A stretch of 64,000 nt of DNA, taken from Chlorokybus atmophyticus. Taxonomy: Eukaryota > Plantae > Mesostigma and Chlorokybus algae. The position numbers and the translations under genes are program-made. How positions within the stretch are numbered: position 1 is the first letter of the stretch; the number at the start of each line of letters is the position of its first letter. The stretch covers positions 124,001 to 188,000 of the forward strand of contig RHPI01003508.1 in assembly GCA_009103225.1 (NCBI GenBank), in the 5' to 3' direction. The notes under the pieces are model-generated. The model saw nothing but the letters and a program-made list of their open reading frames with translations. It ran no database searches and was not told the DNA's origin. Of this stretch, positions 1 to 10,701 are shown piece after piece.

Positions 1-3000
1 CTTCCACAGTGATTGACTCAACAGCGAGTTCACTTGCTGCGGGGTGAAGGTGGCTGTGTTGCTCCGAGTGAGCGGATGCCGCTTTGAATGCTTCTGCTCT
101 GCTATGCTCGTCTGCAATGGCGGCGGGAGCCTCCGGTGAGGGCGGTGGAACATGCACAAGCTGCGGGGGCGTTGTCGGTGTAGGCGGTTGGCCCACGCGC
201 TTGAATACAAAGACCGCGTACAGACCTGCCCACATAACACACATGAACACACTCATGCACGCAAACATACACCCACGCAATGCAACAAAGCCATGACTGA
301 CAATAGAGACACTGAGGTAGCGTGCACCTAACTGTGTATATGTACATTCGTGTGCGCGCGTGTGTACACACATATGGTGCATCAAGGCTGGCACGAATCA
401 GAGACACAGAGGCAGCTTGCATGTAACTACACTTGAAAGGCAAGTATTCACTCACCAACTTGGTCCAACATGGCTGCATGCACCTTTCCATACGCCTTGC
501 GGTCGAAAGTGATCACCTGGCGAAAGGCGTCTTCAAAAGTTGCCCTGCAGACACAGCGCTGTAAGACTTGGATTTAGCAAGCAAGTTTGATTGGGTCAAC
601 GCTACACACAGCACACAGCTGTACTATTCTGTATACACACACAACACACATACTTGTTGTCGTCATGAAACTCTTGCAGGTTAGTTATCTCCACCATCTC
701 CAACCCAACACTCTCAGCCAACCTGTGCACACAAAGTCCAGTTCGGCTCCATTGTTTCACATGCAGGATGCTTGAAAGCGACAATCAGCATGCCTGATGA
801 GTGTTGGAAAATGCACAAGGCACTGCAGCCGTGGTCGCAGGCCGTCATCCAGACGCAGCCGATAACGCGTGCCATAGTTGTTGAACCTGCATAATCAGGT
901 CATGCGGTTGACAAGATGGCGATAACAACACCACAAAAGGTCTTGACAGAAAATGACGGCGCGTAAGGCAACATACTGTGCATCGTCAAACTGTATGCTG
1001 TAGAATTCCGACTGGATGATGGATTGCCCGACAAGAACTGCTTTCTGTGCTTTATACCTGCGGCAACAACAACATTAAACAAGAAAACTGCAGTGCTTGT
1101 TTGTGCGCGCGAAACGCGTATGCGCGCATGCGCTTATGCTTGCGTGTGTGTGCGTATATGTGCTTGTATGCGGTCTGGACTCACCATATCATGGACGAGT
1201 CCGGCACGATGCCAAACAGCAGGCCACCAACTCGAAGACGTCGCGCGGCGCATGCCAAGAGGTTCCGCACAGTGCTCTCTTGCATGAAGAAGTCCTGCAA
1301 AAGCAACACAAAAGCAAGGTTGGCAGCACAATCAACACGCCGACAAATTGATTGCAAATAGTTTGCATCGCGGCACGCTGCAAACAATTGCACCCACCTG
1401 CAGATGCTCGTTGCACACAGCGAGGTCAAACACCTCATCCGGCTGCAAATCGTCATGGCCCTGCTTGCAAAAAGTTTCAAGCTACGGTCAGAGAAGCATG
1501 CAACAAATTACTAAGAAATTACTGATACATTACCAGGTTCGTGCACTCCAACAAAATATTTCCGCTGCTCAACTTACGCGGGAAAGGTCGATCTGCTTAA
1601 ACTCCGGCTCGAATCCCGGTTTCACCTCGGCCCAGCGCTGTTTGGCGCGGCTGAGGCCCGTCTCATCCGGCTCTGAAATGGTGTTTACATGATTAAGACA
1701 TGCGCGTCAACGTGGTGGCACCCTTATTTGGCACCAGTGCTGACTGCAGCAACAAAATCGCACCAACACAATCATTGCATGTGATGTAAGCCCACCTATG
1801 TCCAAGTATTTGGAAATGCTGGTGCTCGCCCATCGCACTGCATCTGCACCCCTTCCGCAGAGTTCCAACACCTGCAACGCCACCAATTTATTAAGATCGT
1901 TTAAGCATTCAACAGTCACATTTAAACTGAAGAAACTAGTACAATACGGATATCAATCATAAAGGCAACACTTAGAACCGAGACTCTGGTCGTAATAAAT
2001 GCGTAAAGTTGTAGGACCTATACGACATCAACCTCATAAAATGTCAAGGAGCACAATGACAACACAACTATAAAGTATCGTTTATCACAACAATGATGTA
2101 ATTTATACGGGAGTGTCTTGGCATGCAACTCTTATTCTTGTGGCAGCTGTTTTGTGCAGGACCAACAACGCCAACAACTGCTGTGTTAATGTTGCAATAT
2201 GCACAAAGGAGCTCAACATTTGACAAGCGGAGCATAAGCAGACAAATTCAAGTATAACTTGTGTTTGCAAACCGTGTGCATGCAGCCCTTTCGGACAGAC
2301 ATTCAACAAACAGCTACTGTTGCTGATAGCAACAAACACATTTTGGCAGATAGGGTTAGGCTGCAAGCAGTAATTGCACCAACGCAGCTGCTAGATAAGG
2401 AGATGAAGCCGGTTGAAATGCGGCTGCAAGACAAATGTTACACGTGGTATACATGTCTTGCCCCCNNNNNNNNNNNNNNNNNNNNNNNNNNNNNNNNNNN
2501 NNNNNNNNNNNNNNNNNNNNNNNNNNNNNNNNNNNNNNNNNNNNNNNNNNNNNNNNNNNNNNNNNNNNNNNNNNNNNNNNNNNNNNNNNNNNNNNNNNNN
2601 NNNNNNNNNNNNNNNNNNNNNNNNNNNNNNNNNNNNNNNNNNNNNNNNNNNNNNNNNNNNNNNNNNNNNNNNNNNNNNNNNNNNNNNNNNNNNNNNNNNN
2701 NNNNNNNNNNNNNNNNNNNNNNNNNNNNNNNNNCCCCCCCCCGCTCCTTCCCAAACCCTACACACGCAGACACAGCTCCCAGCACTGGTAATTAAGGAGG
2801 GTGACTACAACTGTTCAAGAAAAAGCATCACAAGCAAGCTACCTGTGCGGAGGGTCCGACAAGCTGCTGCACCAGCACAGCTTTAGTCCACTCAATGAAC
2901 TGCCGCACAGCGCCCGCAACCGTAACCCTCTGCTGTTGTGATTGCTGCTGCTGCTGCTGCTGTAACTGTTGCTGCTGGTGTGCCTGCTGTTGTGGTTGTT

Positions 3001-3133
3001 GGTGTTGTCGCTGAACCTGTTGCTGATGTGCTTGTCCTGATTGTTGCAAAGCTGCGATGGCAGCTGCTGCCTCGGCCAATGCGGCGTCAGGGAACGGCTG
3101 CGCCGCTGCCGCCGCCGCCGCTACATCCTCCAT
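1..3133 (-). CDS. RNMT: mRNA cap guanine-N7 methyltransferase (plant type-2 paralogue-like); 10 exons, 3' end runs off window start
   Basis: Exons 3133-2843, 1871-1796, 1672-1578, 1481-1398, 1294-1185, 1057-977, 886-794, 722-654, 544-456 and 225-<1 splice in consistent phase. The protein reads RQFIEWTKAVLVQQLVGPSAQ|VLELCGRG...FDLAVCNEHLQ|DFFMQESTVRNLLACAARRLRVGGLLFGIVPDSSMIW...QCLVHFPTLIR|LAESVGLEMVEITNLQEFHDDN...GLYAVFVFKR, matching the Pox_MCEL/RNMT family (G.FFG..PDS..IW, LVHFP.LIRLA...GLE, GLY..F.F). N-terminus is polyA/polyQ. Confidence 0.9.
2466..2733. other. Assembly gap (N run) inside RNMT intron 1, flanked by poly-C
   Basis: Run of N with C tracts on both sides. Confidence 0.99.
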
Positions 3134-3317
3134 GCCTCCATAGCGGGCAGATTGTCGTTGTCGATTTGCCGAATAGCCAAGCTGCAAGTTTTCACATGCG
3201 CTGACGAATTGTTAGGCCTAACAATGTCGCGAGCATGTTGGGCCCCAACTTGGGCCATTTGTGGCACAACACATAAACTGGCTTTGTTCCTGATAACTCA
3301 ATCACATACATATGGTT

Positions 3318-6300
3318 CTAGTGTGTGGCGACCCGTGCACAACATGGGTTGGGTCACCCGCCCATGCTGCAATCGTCATGTGATTCTTACAGCCGGCCGT
3401 TCGTCGCCTCGCCTATGCGATACCAACGGCCGGCTGTGCGACGTAATGTCAGTCACTCGACCGGCCGTGACCGGTTCTGCATGGCAGTCAGTGAGATGCG
3501 CGTCAAATAGACACGACGCCGTCACATTGGCAGTCGGCAATGAATGTGGCCAGCACTTGCATTTAAATTTGGCTATATTTCCACCGTTCACGCATTTACT
3601 AAAAAACGACCTTCATCATGTTGTTGCACTCACAACAGTGCAACATCTTACCCCAGCCCCAGTATACATAGGATGCTCATATGATATCACCTCACGTGTA
3701 ACATGTACGCAAACGGACGGCCGAGAAATATATATCATCATCAATCAACTTGTTTCGATGGATGGTCGGATTGATGGATGTAAGGAAGCACTTTACGATA
3801 CATTGCTCGTGTACACCTTGTCTTCCATTGTGTAGCGTATGGCTGCTACATGCACTCCGCCGCGGTTGCCAACTCGTGACATTGCTACGTAAAGGTGCCC
3901 ATGTGTGAACACCGGATTGGGTAAACAATTTCCCACTTTCTTCAGCGTTTGCCCCTGTGCCTTGTTGATGATCATTGCAAACGCTGCTCGAATTGAAAAT
4001 TGCACTCGTCGCAATGTGAATGGCATATGTTCTTAATCAGATGGCATCAGCATCAGTTACGGTAGCCACACGCGCCGACCAACAATTGAGCCAGTGGCTA
4101 TTTCTGCTTTAATCATAAAAGGCAGCAGTGTCTTGCATATAAGTCGCGTGCCATTGGCCAGACCATGTGATAGGTTGCGTAGCAGACCAGTTGGCGTCCC
4201 AAATTTCAAACGCAACTCATGCGGAGGCATGCCAGATATCATGATGCTGTTTAGATACACCACAGAGTAGTCATCCCGAGCTACCTTCTGTAACAATTGG
4301 GGCCCGACCACTAGGCTATGGTAGTAAAAGACACTACCATGAGTGAGGTCTGTCACAATCTATCCCAATTCGTGACATTCCTCCCCAATTTAACCCATGT
4401 GTTCCTTATAATCCAATGAGGCACTAGCCCACGTCGCCGTCTTTGCGGCCGTATTACGATCGGTCTGCCCGTAGCCTGTTGAATCCGGCCCATGAACGGT
4501 CCTGACCGACCGAACGGCCATCCTCACCGCGCAACCTGCCATCGCAGCGCGACCGGTCACGCGGTCTTAGGTTGAACTGGCTCGGCGCGCAGGTTGTGAT
4601 CCCGCGCCCAGCCTAGGGCAAGCCGCCCCAAATGTTATTGTTTTTGCCTTAAATCTGTCTCAGTCCCCTACGGGAATTGAACCTGAAACGTCAAGCTCCG
4701 TTACCATTGTAACAATTGGGGCCCGACCACTAGGCTATGGTAGTAAAAGACACTATCATGAGTGAGGTCTGTCACAATTTATCCCAATTCGTGACACCTT
4801 CCCACCAAATAAGTTGTCCGACTGCACAATGTTCACCAGTTTGCGGTGTACCGCCTCAAAGGAATGCCTATGTTGCATCGATGCCTCATCCCACACTATC
4901 AACCTCGCCTGCCGAATCAGCTCTGCTTTAGGTGAATCACGCGAGATCCAGCATGTTGATGTGTCAGTCATGGCAATGGGAATGCCGAATCGCTTATGTG
5001 CGGTTGCCCCCCCTTGCGGGCACAGGTTGTTGCATCAATATTTCCATTTTCCAATGTGATCACATTCACATGCATGCAGGCGTACATGGTATCTTCAAGT
5101 ACCAATGCCGCTATTCCTAAAGAGGCGACCGCTAGTGCAATCTCTCCACGCCCGCGCACGTACGACAATAGTGTATTGTACGCAAATGTCTTGCCGGTCC
5201 CGCCTAGACCTTCAATAAAGAAGGTCCTGTTGGCTGAGTCGCCATCAGTGCTGTCGATGACCGATGCAACCGCGTTGTCAATGATGCGCTGAGCATCATT
5301 TAATTTTAACGCGCGTTCAACAGCGGTTCGTTGCTGCTCTTGAGTGTTGTACCGATGCAGTTCATCTTTAACGCAGCTTGTACGCTTGCCAGTAAATCTT
5401 CAGATATGCGATGACCCAAATCAAATTTCTCCGACGAAACTCCGCGATTAATGTTGCTTAGAAGCTTTTGCAATCGCGTGCAGCATAAAGAATATCGCGT
5501 TCATTGCGCACGGCCGACTCCTCTCCGCCAGCATCGCACATGAAACAATTTCTGATTGTCAAGAAGTATTAAAGTATCATTGATATTGCTGACAATTATT
5601 GTCGTCTGAGTCATTCGCTGTTGCGTATGCATCTTGCGTCGCTCATTGGTGAAGTCATCACACATGGCGTCGGGCGTTCGCAACCTTATTGTAGATTAAG
5701 ATCGTTGCAAATAGCACACGTCGCTGAGCGCCTGTTTGATGCTGTCAAGTACACGACACGAATGTTACAATTACTAATTAGATTTGTACGAATGGGAAGG
5801 TATAGTTCATCAAGCTCGTGTGCATACCGTAGCCTCGCGCAGCGCCCATTCGTTGACATCTTTCCAAAGGCCTCTTGCCTTGCATCCGTCCTTGTAACTT
5901 TCGAACGGCGTATCTCGGCCTCCAACAGGTCGCAAGTCTTGAAACATTGTGGCGCCGGCGACATGATGCAGCGCATCAGCGTCACGCATTTTCTCTTGCT
6001 GCCGTCGCTCGTGGGCACTATAGTTCAGCCTCATCCACGCCATCAGCATGGAGTTACGGCTCGTTTTCAACACCTGTTGCACTTTTTGTTCGCCGTCAAA
6101 GTAAATCATGTGCTCCCCCTCAAAGTAGATTTGCAATCGCACCACATTTGCTGCTCATCAAGAAAAGCAGATTGTAGCAACCGCCATGCCGCTTCGCTCG
6201 CAGACACGTATCGTCCGTCAATGTACACCCGAACCTCGTCCACGCGTAGTGCACCGGGTTCGCTGCCAATCGACGGATTGCAATTTATAGGTTGCCGTAT

Positions 6301-6404
6301 CGTGACCCTTGCATACATATTCATATATGTACTTCACAGCCGTCACATTGGTGCAAATCTCCACATTGATGTGTGCGTTGTACTTCAACGACGCCCACGA
6401 GGAG
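3318..6404 (-). mobile_element. Helitron 3' part: PIF1-type helicase and end of Rep domain, degenerate; putative 3' terminus
   Basis: Minus-strand motifs SLKYNAHINVEIC...VKYIYEYVCKGHD, DEVRVYIDGRYVSASEAAWRL, IEGLGGTGKTF, LIVWDEASM, GMPPHELRLK...LLRNL..GLANGTRL and RRVQFSIRAAFAMIINKAQGQTL...VFTHGHLYVAMSRV. CTAG at 3318-3321 lies 10 nt from a decayed CCCGTGC/GCACGGG-type hairpin (3332-3348). Many stops and frameshifts. Confidence 0.92.
4289..4796 (-). mobile_element. TRIM (miniature LTR retrotransposon) inserted in the Helitron helicase
   Basis: 89-bp direct repeats at 4289-4377 and 4708-4796 (TGTAAC...GTGACA, 2 differences); 5-bp TSD CCTTC (4284-4288, 4797-4801); minus-strand PBS-like TGGTAACGGAGC and PPT AAATTGGGGAGGAA; no ORF. 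Confidence 0.92.
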
Positions 6405-7986
6405 CGTCACAAATTTTACACCCTGACTGACCAGGGACTGAAGGACTGTCGGGTGCCTGACCCAAACTGACCCTAACTTACCTATTGGATAGGTCCATGA
6501 TGGGACTTATGGGGCGGCCGTTGCTACTAAGCAACATTCGATGACGGCCAGCCGCCGGCCGATAATTACTCACGACGGTGGCCTGCCTGCAGTAGCAAGC
6601 ACGTGACTATACCACGTGTTTACTGTGACGGCCGACTGCCAGTCGTCTATTGTGCGCGGCGGCAGCCTACCTTTTGCTTATCAATGATTATAAGCAAGTG
6701 ACCGGCCGTCCCTCGCCGCGTGTTTAATGTGACGGTTGACCGCCGGTCATCCACTTAGCGCGGCGATAACCTGCATGTTGCTTATTAATCATGATAAGCA
6801 AGTGACCGGCCGTCCCGGCTCAGCGGCGAGCAATGCCGGTATTACCTTTAAATCGGACGGTGACACAATGCGATTGGCGTACTGTAATGGTACGACGCTC
6901 GAATGTACCATTCAAATGTGACCATAATAGTAAGATAGTTCCATTGTCTGACACAATGGCATCGGCGTACCATTCTAATGGTACGCCGGTGCCATCGTAT
7001 CAACTCGTTTGAATCACTTGGGCTGCCCCAAGTGATTCAAAAGCTCAACGGCTTCAAGTGGAGACTGTTCAACCAGTTGCTGGGCGGCGGCGGCGGCGGT
7101 GGTGGCGGCGGCGGCGGTGGCGGTGGCAATGGCCAATAGTAAGCTAGTTTGCTATATGCTGTGACGCTTGGTATGGGCAGTGGCGCATGCAACCTAACCG
7201 CCCTTCCTTGTTGCCTCAGGGCGGTCAGCCCAGGCCAGGCCAGGCCAGGCTAGGCCAGGCCAGGCCAGGCCAGGCAGCGGCGGCGGCGGCGGCGGTACAT
7301 GGTAAGGGGCAGCATCTGAGTGCATATGTTGTATATGTTGCTGTTGATGGCATTTGTTTAATTCAACATCTTGCATGCTTTCCAGGAGCGGCGGCAAAGA
7401 AGGAGCGGCGGCGAAGAAGGAGCGGCGGCGGAGGTGGAGCGCGGTGCAGTGAGCGCAGGAGCGGCGACTTAGTCTACTAGTTTAAGGCCTTAGTATACTA
7501 GAGTGGTAGTAGCAGCTCAGTAGTGTACAATGTGGCATAGTGGTATGACTTGCAATGTCTTTTCTTTATCACTTTCTAATTTAATTTTTTTAAAAGGCTG
7601 TCTTTCACAGTTGATGCGAGGTATTCAATGATGACTACACAGCAATGACAGGTACCTGTAGCGGTACCCTTCTGTAACGGCAAGTGCCTTGAAGGTACCA
7701 TAAGGTACCTGTCAATCACACTTACTTAGTGTACAATCGCCGGTACCTAACTGATAGGTACCGGTTAATTACCTACTAGTTAGGTTAAGTCCCTTTTACC
7801 TGACTGATGTCAGTCTTGGTCAGTTCCTTTATTAAGACGGCCGCCGACTGATGGTGACGGCCGTTATACTCAGGCCTCTGTATCGAGATTACAGGTGGAC
7901 TGAGGTACGTCAGTCTAAATGAGTATCCTCAGGTGCACGGCCGTTGCCAATATTTTATCGGCCGGCAGGAGAAACATTTTGCGACG
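6405..7986 (+). mobile_element. Non-autonomous derivative of the Plavaka family (same two termini as 9832-26386, opposite orientation)
   Basis: Ends CGTCACAAATTTT... and ...ATTTTGCGACG; 2-bp TSD AG (6403-6404, 7987-7988). Removing it rejoins Helitron Rep sequence (GNRRVV...WASLKYNAHINVE). Left end matches the reverse complement of ~26335-26386; right end (7880-7986) matches the reverse complement of 9832-9940. Confidence 0.8.
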
Positions 7987-8154
7987 AGTACGACCCGACG
8001 GTTACCAATATCAACCGTCACCACATTGCCCATCATTGAGTCTTTCATCGTCTTCTGCACTTTGCGGTTGTCCTGACGACGCCTGTACGCGGGGTAGCTT
8101 GGCTGCGACATTGGTCACATCTTAAAAATGCTTGGGGAAACTTTTGCTGCATGC
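7987..8154 (-). pseudogene. Helitron Rep fragment
   Basis: CSKSFPKHF...YPAYRRRQDNRK...VDIGNRRVV matches the Helitron C.K.FPK...GYP.YRRR...DNRWVVPYN stretch. Confidence 0.85.
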
Positions 8155-8739
8155 TGTTATGCCTATTGTCCGCGCATACCAACCTTCCTAGGGCATGCCT
8201 ACATCGCTCGGCTTACAAGCATCCGACCCGCGCGCGTCACTGACCTATGGCTAGGTTATGACTCAGATTAGCTCATGACCATAGCTTACATAGGCACCGC
8301 GCGTAGCTATTCAGTTGTGAGTCCAGTTATGAGTTGTGTTTTATATCAAGTGGGGATTTGTGTGGAGATAGCCTCGATATGACCGTTAGCTTATGTTTTG
8401 AACAGTCACGATTTAACTTGTATAAGTAGTCACGGTGCTCACCGGATCAGCTGATGACATTGTGAGTGAGAAAGCTAAGAGCTTGTAAAGCGACTTGACC
8501 TACGAACACGCCGACCCGGTTATCAAGAAAACCCTCACCGTGTGAGAGCCAGTGCTCTCAATGCTCGTGTGCATCGCGCTTGTTATTGCTGTGAGCTTGG
8601 TGTGCTAGGTTGCGGCGTGTTGGCATTAGTTAGGGCATAGCATCCACGTGTTGCTTGCTCATTCACCTCACTTAACAGTGTAACACAATTTTCACTCATG
8701 CAAAGAACTGTGTAAACAGCACTACCTATAGTAGTGGCT
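8155..8739 (+). repeat. Terminal repeat A1 of the gypsy element
   Basis: Colinear, closely similar copy at 35597-36189. Confidence 0.9.
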
Positions 8740-9059
8740 TGTTGAGTCACAGTGTCGCCCTCTTTTCTCAAGTGAGTGCGTCGCATTCTGCCTCAGATAG
8801 TGCAGTCTGTAGCTGAGAACACATCCCTGTGCATTTGTTATCACTGTCATCATATAGTGCACACACAGGCACTAGTGTGGTGAGTAGTAGCGGCATCAAG
8901 ACAGGCAGTAGAGCACAAACACTCTACCCTGCATACACTTTCACCTGTGGACTAGCTGTATGAGCAGGCCCACCCCGTACTCTTCAATAGACGAGGGTAA
9001 CCTCAGCAGCTGGAGCCCAACCTCCAGTCTCACCTACGAGCGAACCATCGACGGGAGCA

Positions 9060-9831
9060 ATGATCGCAGCAGCAAAGGCTCGCGTTTTGTCTCCGGCGTC
9101 ACTCCGTTCCTGTCTACTCCTCGTCATCGAGCTTCCCCACTCTCATCCGCCAGTGACAACTACGAGATGGGGTCTTTCAGCTCAACCACCGACGAATTCA
9201 TCATCAATTTCCATTCCAATGCGACAACAAGCTGTAAAGAGAACAAAAACTGGTCAGATTAAATTCTTTCACACTGCTGCTCAATATTTGAACCATGAAG
9301 CACATGTTGTCTGGAAGTCAGTTGCTGAACTGCATCGAGATGATGGCTATGGCGAGCTCGCCAGCACCATAGCATCTGCGTCACTGCACAGTCCAGTAGC
9401 CGTCTCTCCACCTGCCACTCCCGCTGCAATTACCGGCTTGTCCATAGCGGCAGTCATCGACAGGGCAGAAGAGGAGGGACCACAGTTGGTGATTGTCAAC
9501 CTGACCCCTACAGAGATTGAGACCGAGATGGCCGCACGACGAGCCCGGATCCTGGACCGTTCTGCTGATATCCTTAAAGAACAGCGAGCAGCAGCCGTTA
9601 AAGTGGGCACACCTCTACCTCTGGCAACACCTGGCTCTCGTGCGGGAGGCAGTGCTTTCACCCTCGGGTCCGTTGCAGTGCGCGCACCAGCCATCACTGT
9701 AGGTGCTGCCATCTCTGACTCTCCACTCAAGGACCTATACGCTGCATTTCGTCGCACCTTCCCACCTCAAACCACCAGCAAAGTGGAGGAGCTGAGACGG
9801 ATCCGACGCAAGCCCAGCGAGGACCCTCTAC
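9060..9831 (+). pseudogene. gag, N-terminal part (continues at 26389)
   Basis: LYAAFRRTFPPQTTSKVEELRRIRRKPSEDPLL joins YSKLEGLL after the Plavaka is removed (CCT CTA CTG TAC TCC AAA). Confidence 0.75.
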
Positions 9832-9967
9832 TGTAGTAGTATGTTTTCCCTGCCGGCCGACTAAATATTGGCAATGGCCGTGCACCTGAGAATACTAATG
9901 TAGACTGTCGTGGCTCAGTCCACCTGTAATCTCGATACAGGGACCCAATAGTAACTTCCGTTACTAT

Positions 9968-10350
9968 CAGGCCCTTTTTGTTATAATTTAATCTTTAACA
10001 GTTGACTATGCCTAATCAACAGGCGCCTGTCAGTCACGTATCAGGCCTTAGCAGGTGACTATGCGTAATTTACAGCCACCTGTTAGTTACTTTTCAGGCC
10101 TTAATAGGTGACTTTATGTAATTAACAGGCACCTGTTGGTTACACATCAGGCCTTACTAGGTGAACCAATCAACGGGCACTTGTAAGTTACACATTAGGC
10201 CTTAACAGGTGACTACACCTAGTTAGCAGGCACTTGCAAATTACACATCGGTCTTACTTAGGTGACTCAGCCTATGTGACAGGCACCTGCAGGTTACACA
10301 CCAGTCCAGCGCAGGCGACTAAACCTAATTCACAAGCACCAACTAGGTAA
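9968..10350. repeat. ~53-bp degenerate subterminal tandem repeats (about 7 units)
   Basis: Units CAGGCCTTA..AGGTGACT...TAATTAACAGGCACCTGTT.GTTACACAT start near 10042, 10095, 10148, 10196 and 10249. Confidence 0.85.
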
Positions 10351-10701
10351 TTATCGACAAAATAAGACATTCTTTAACAACTGAAGGTAATCAAAGCCTA
10401 ACTATCGTCATATGTATTTGCATAGCTTGACTACACGCGACTGTCACTGACTGCCAGCATTGTTATGTGCATGTGCTGTGTACATGTACCCGAAATGTGT
10501 ACAGTGTCCCTCAGTCACTTGCCCAGGCTTGTAGTTCGATTATGTGACTCGAATGCAGTTCTGTTGTATATCATTAGGGATGCAAGTATTGACATGCATG
10601 AGCATAATGACGATTGACTGAGCTGGTTTAAGATGCTCAACACTCAGTCACAAGAGCCTTGTAGCTATGTACACTACCAGCTAAATGGACTACCAACTGC
10701 G

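Noticed and set aside
2259-2886. ORFs with X runs (also 31574-32240)
   Set aside because: Artefacts of reading through N gaps.
5621-6430. 269-aa plus-strand ORF (similarly 11480-12190, 3041-3835 and 19420-19869)
   Set aside because: Antisense shadows of Helitron, P1, RNMT/Helitron-end and transposase sequence; no independent motifs.
9968-10350. Possible CRISPR-like array
   Set aside because: Units are degenerate along their whole length with no constant repeat and unique spacer pattern, there are no cas genes, and the context is a eukaryotic TE end.
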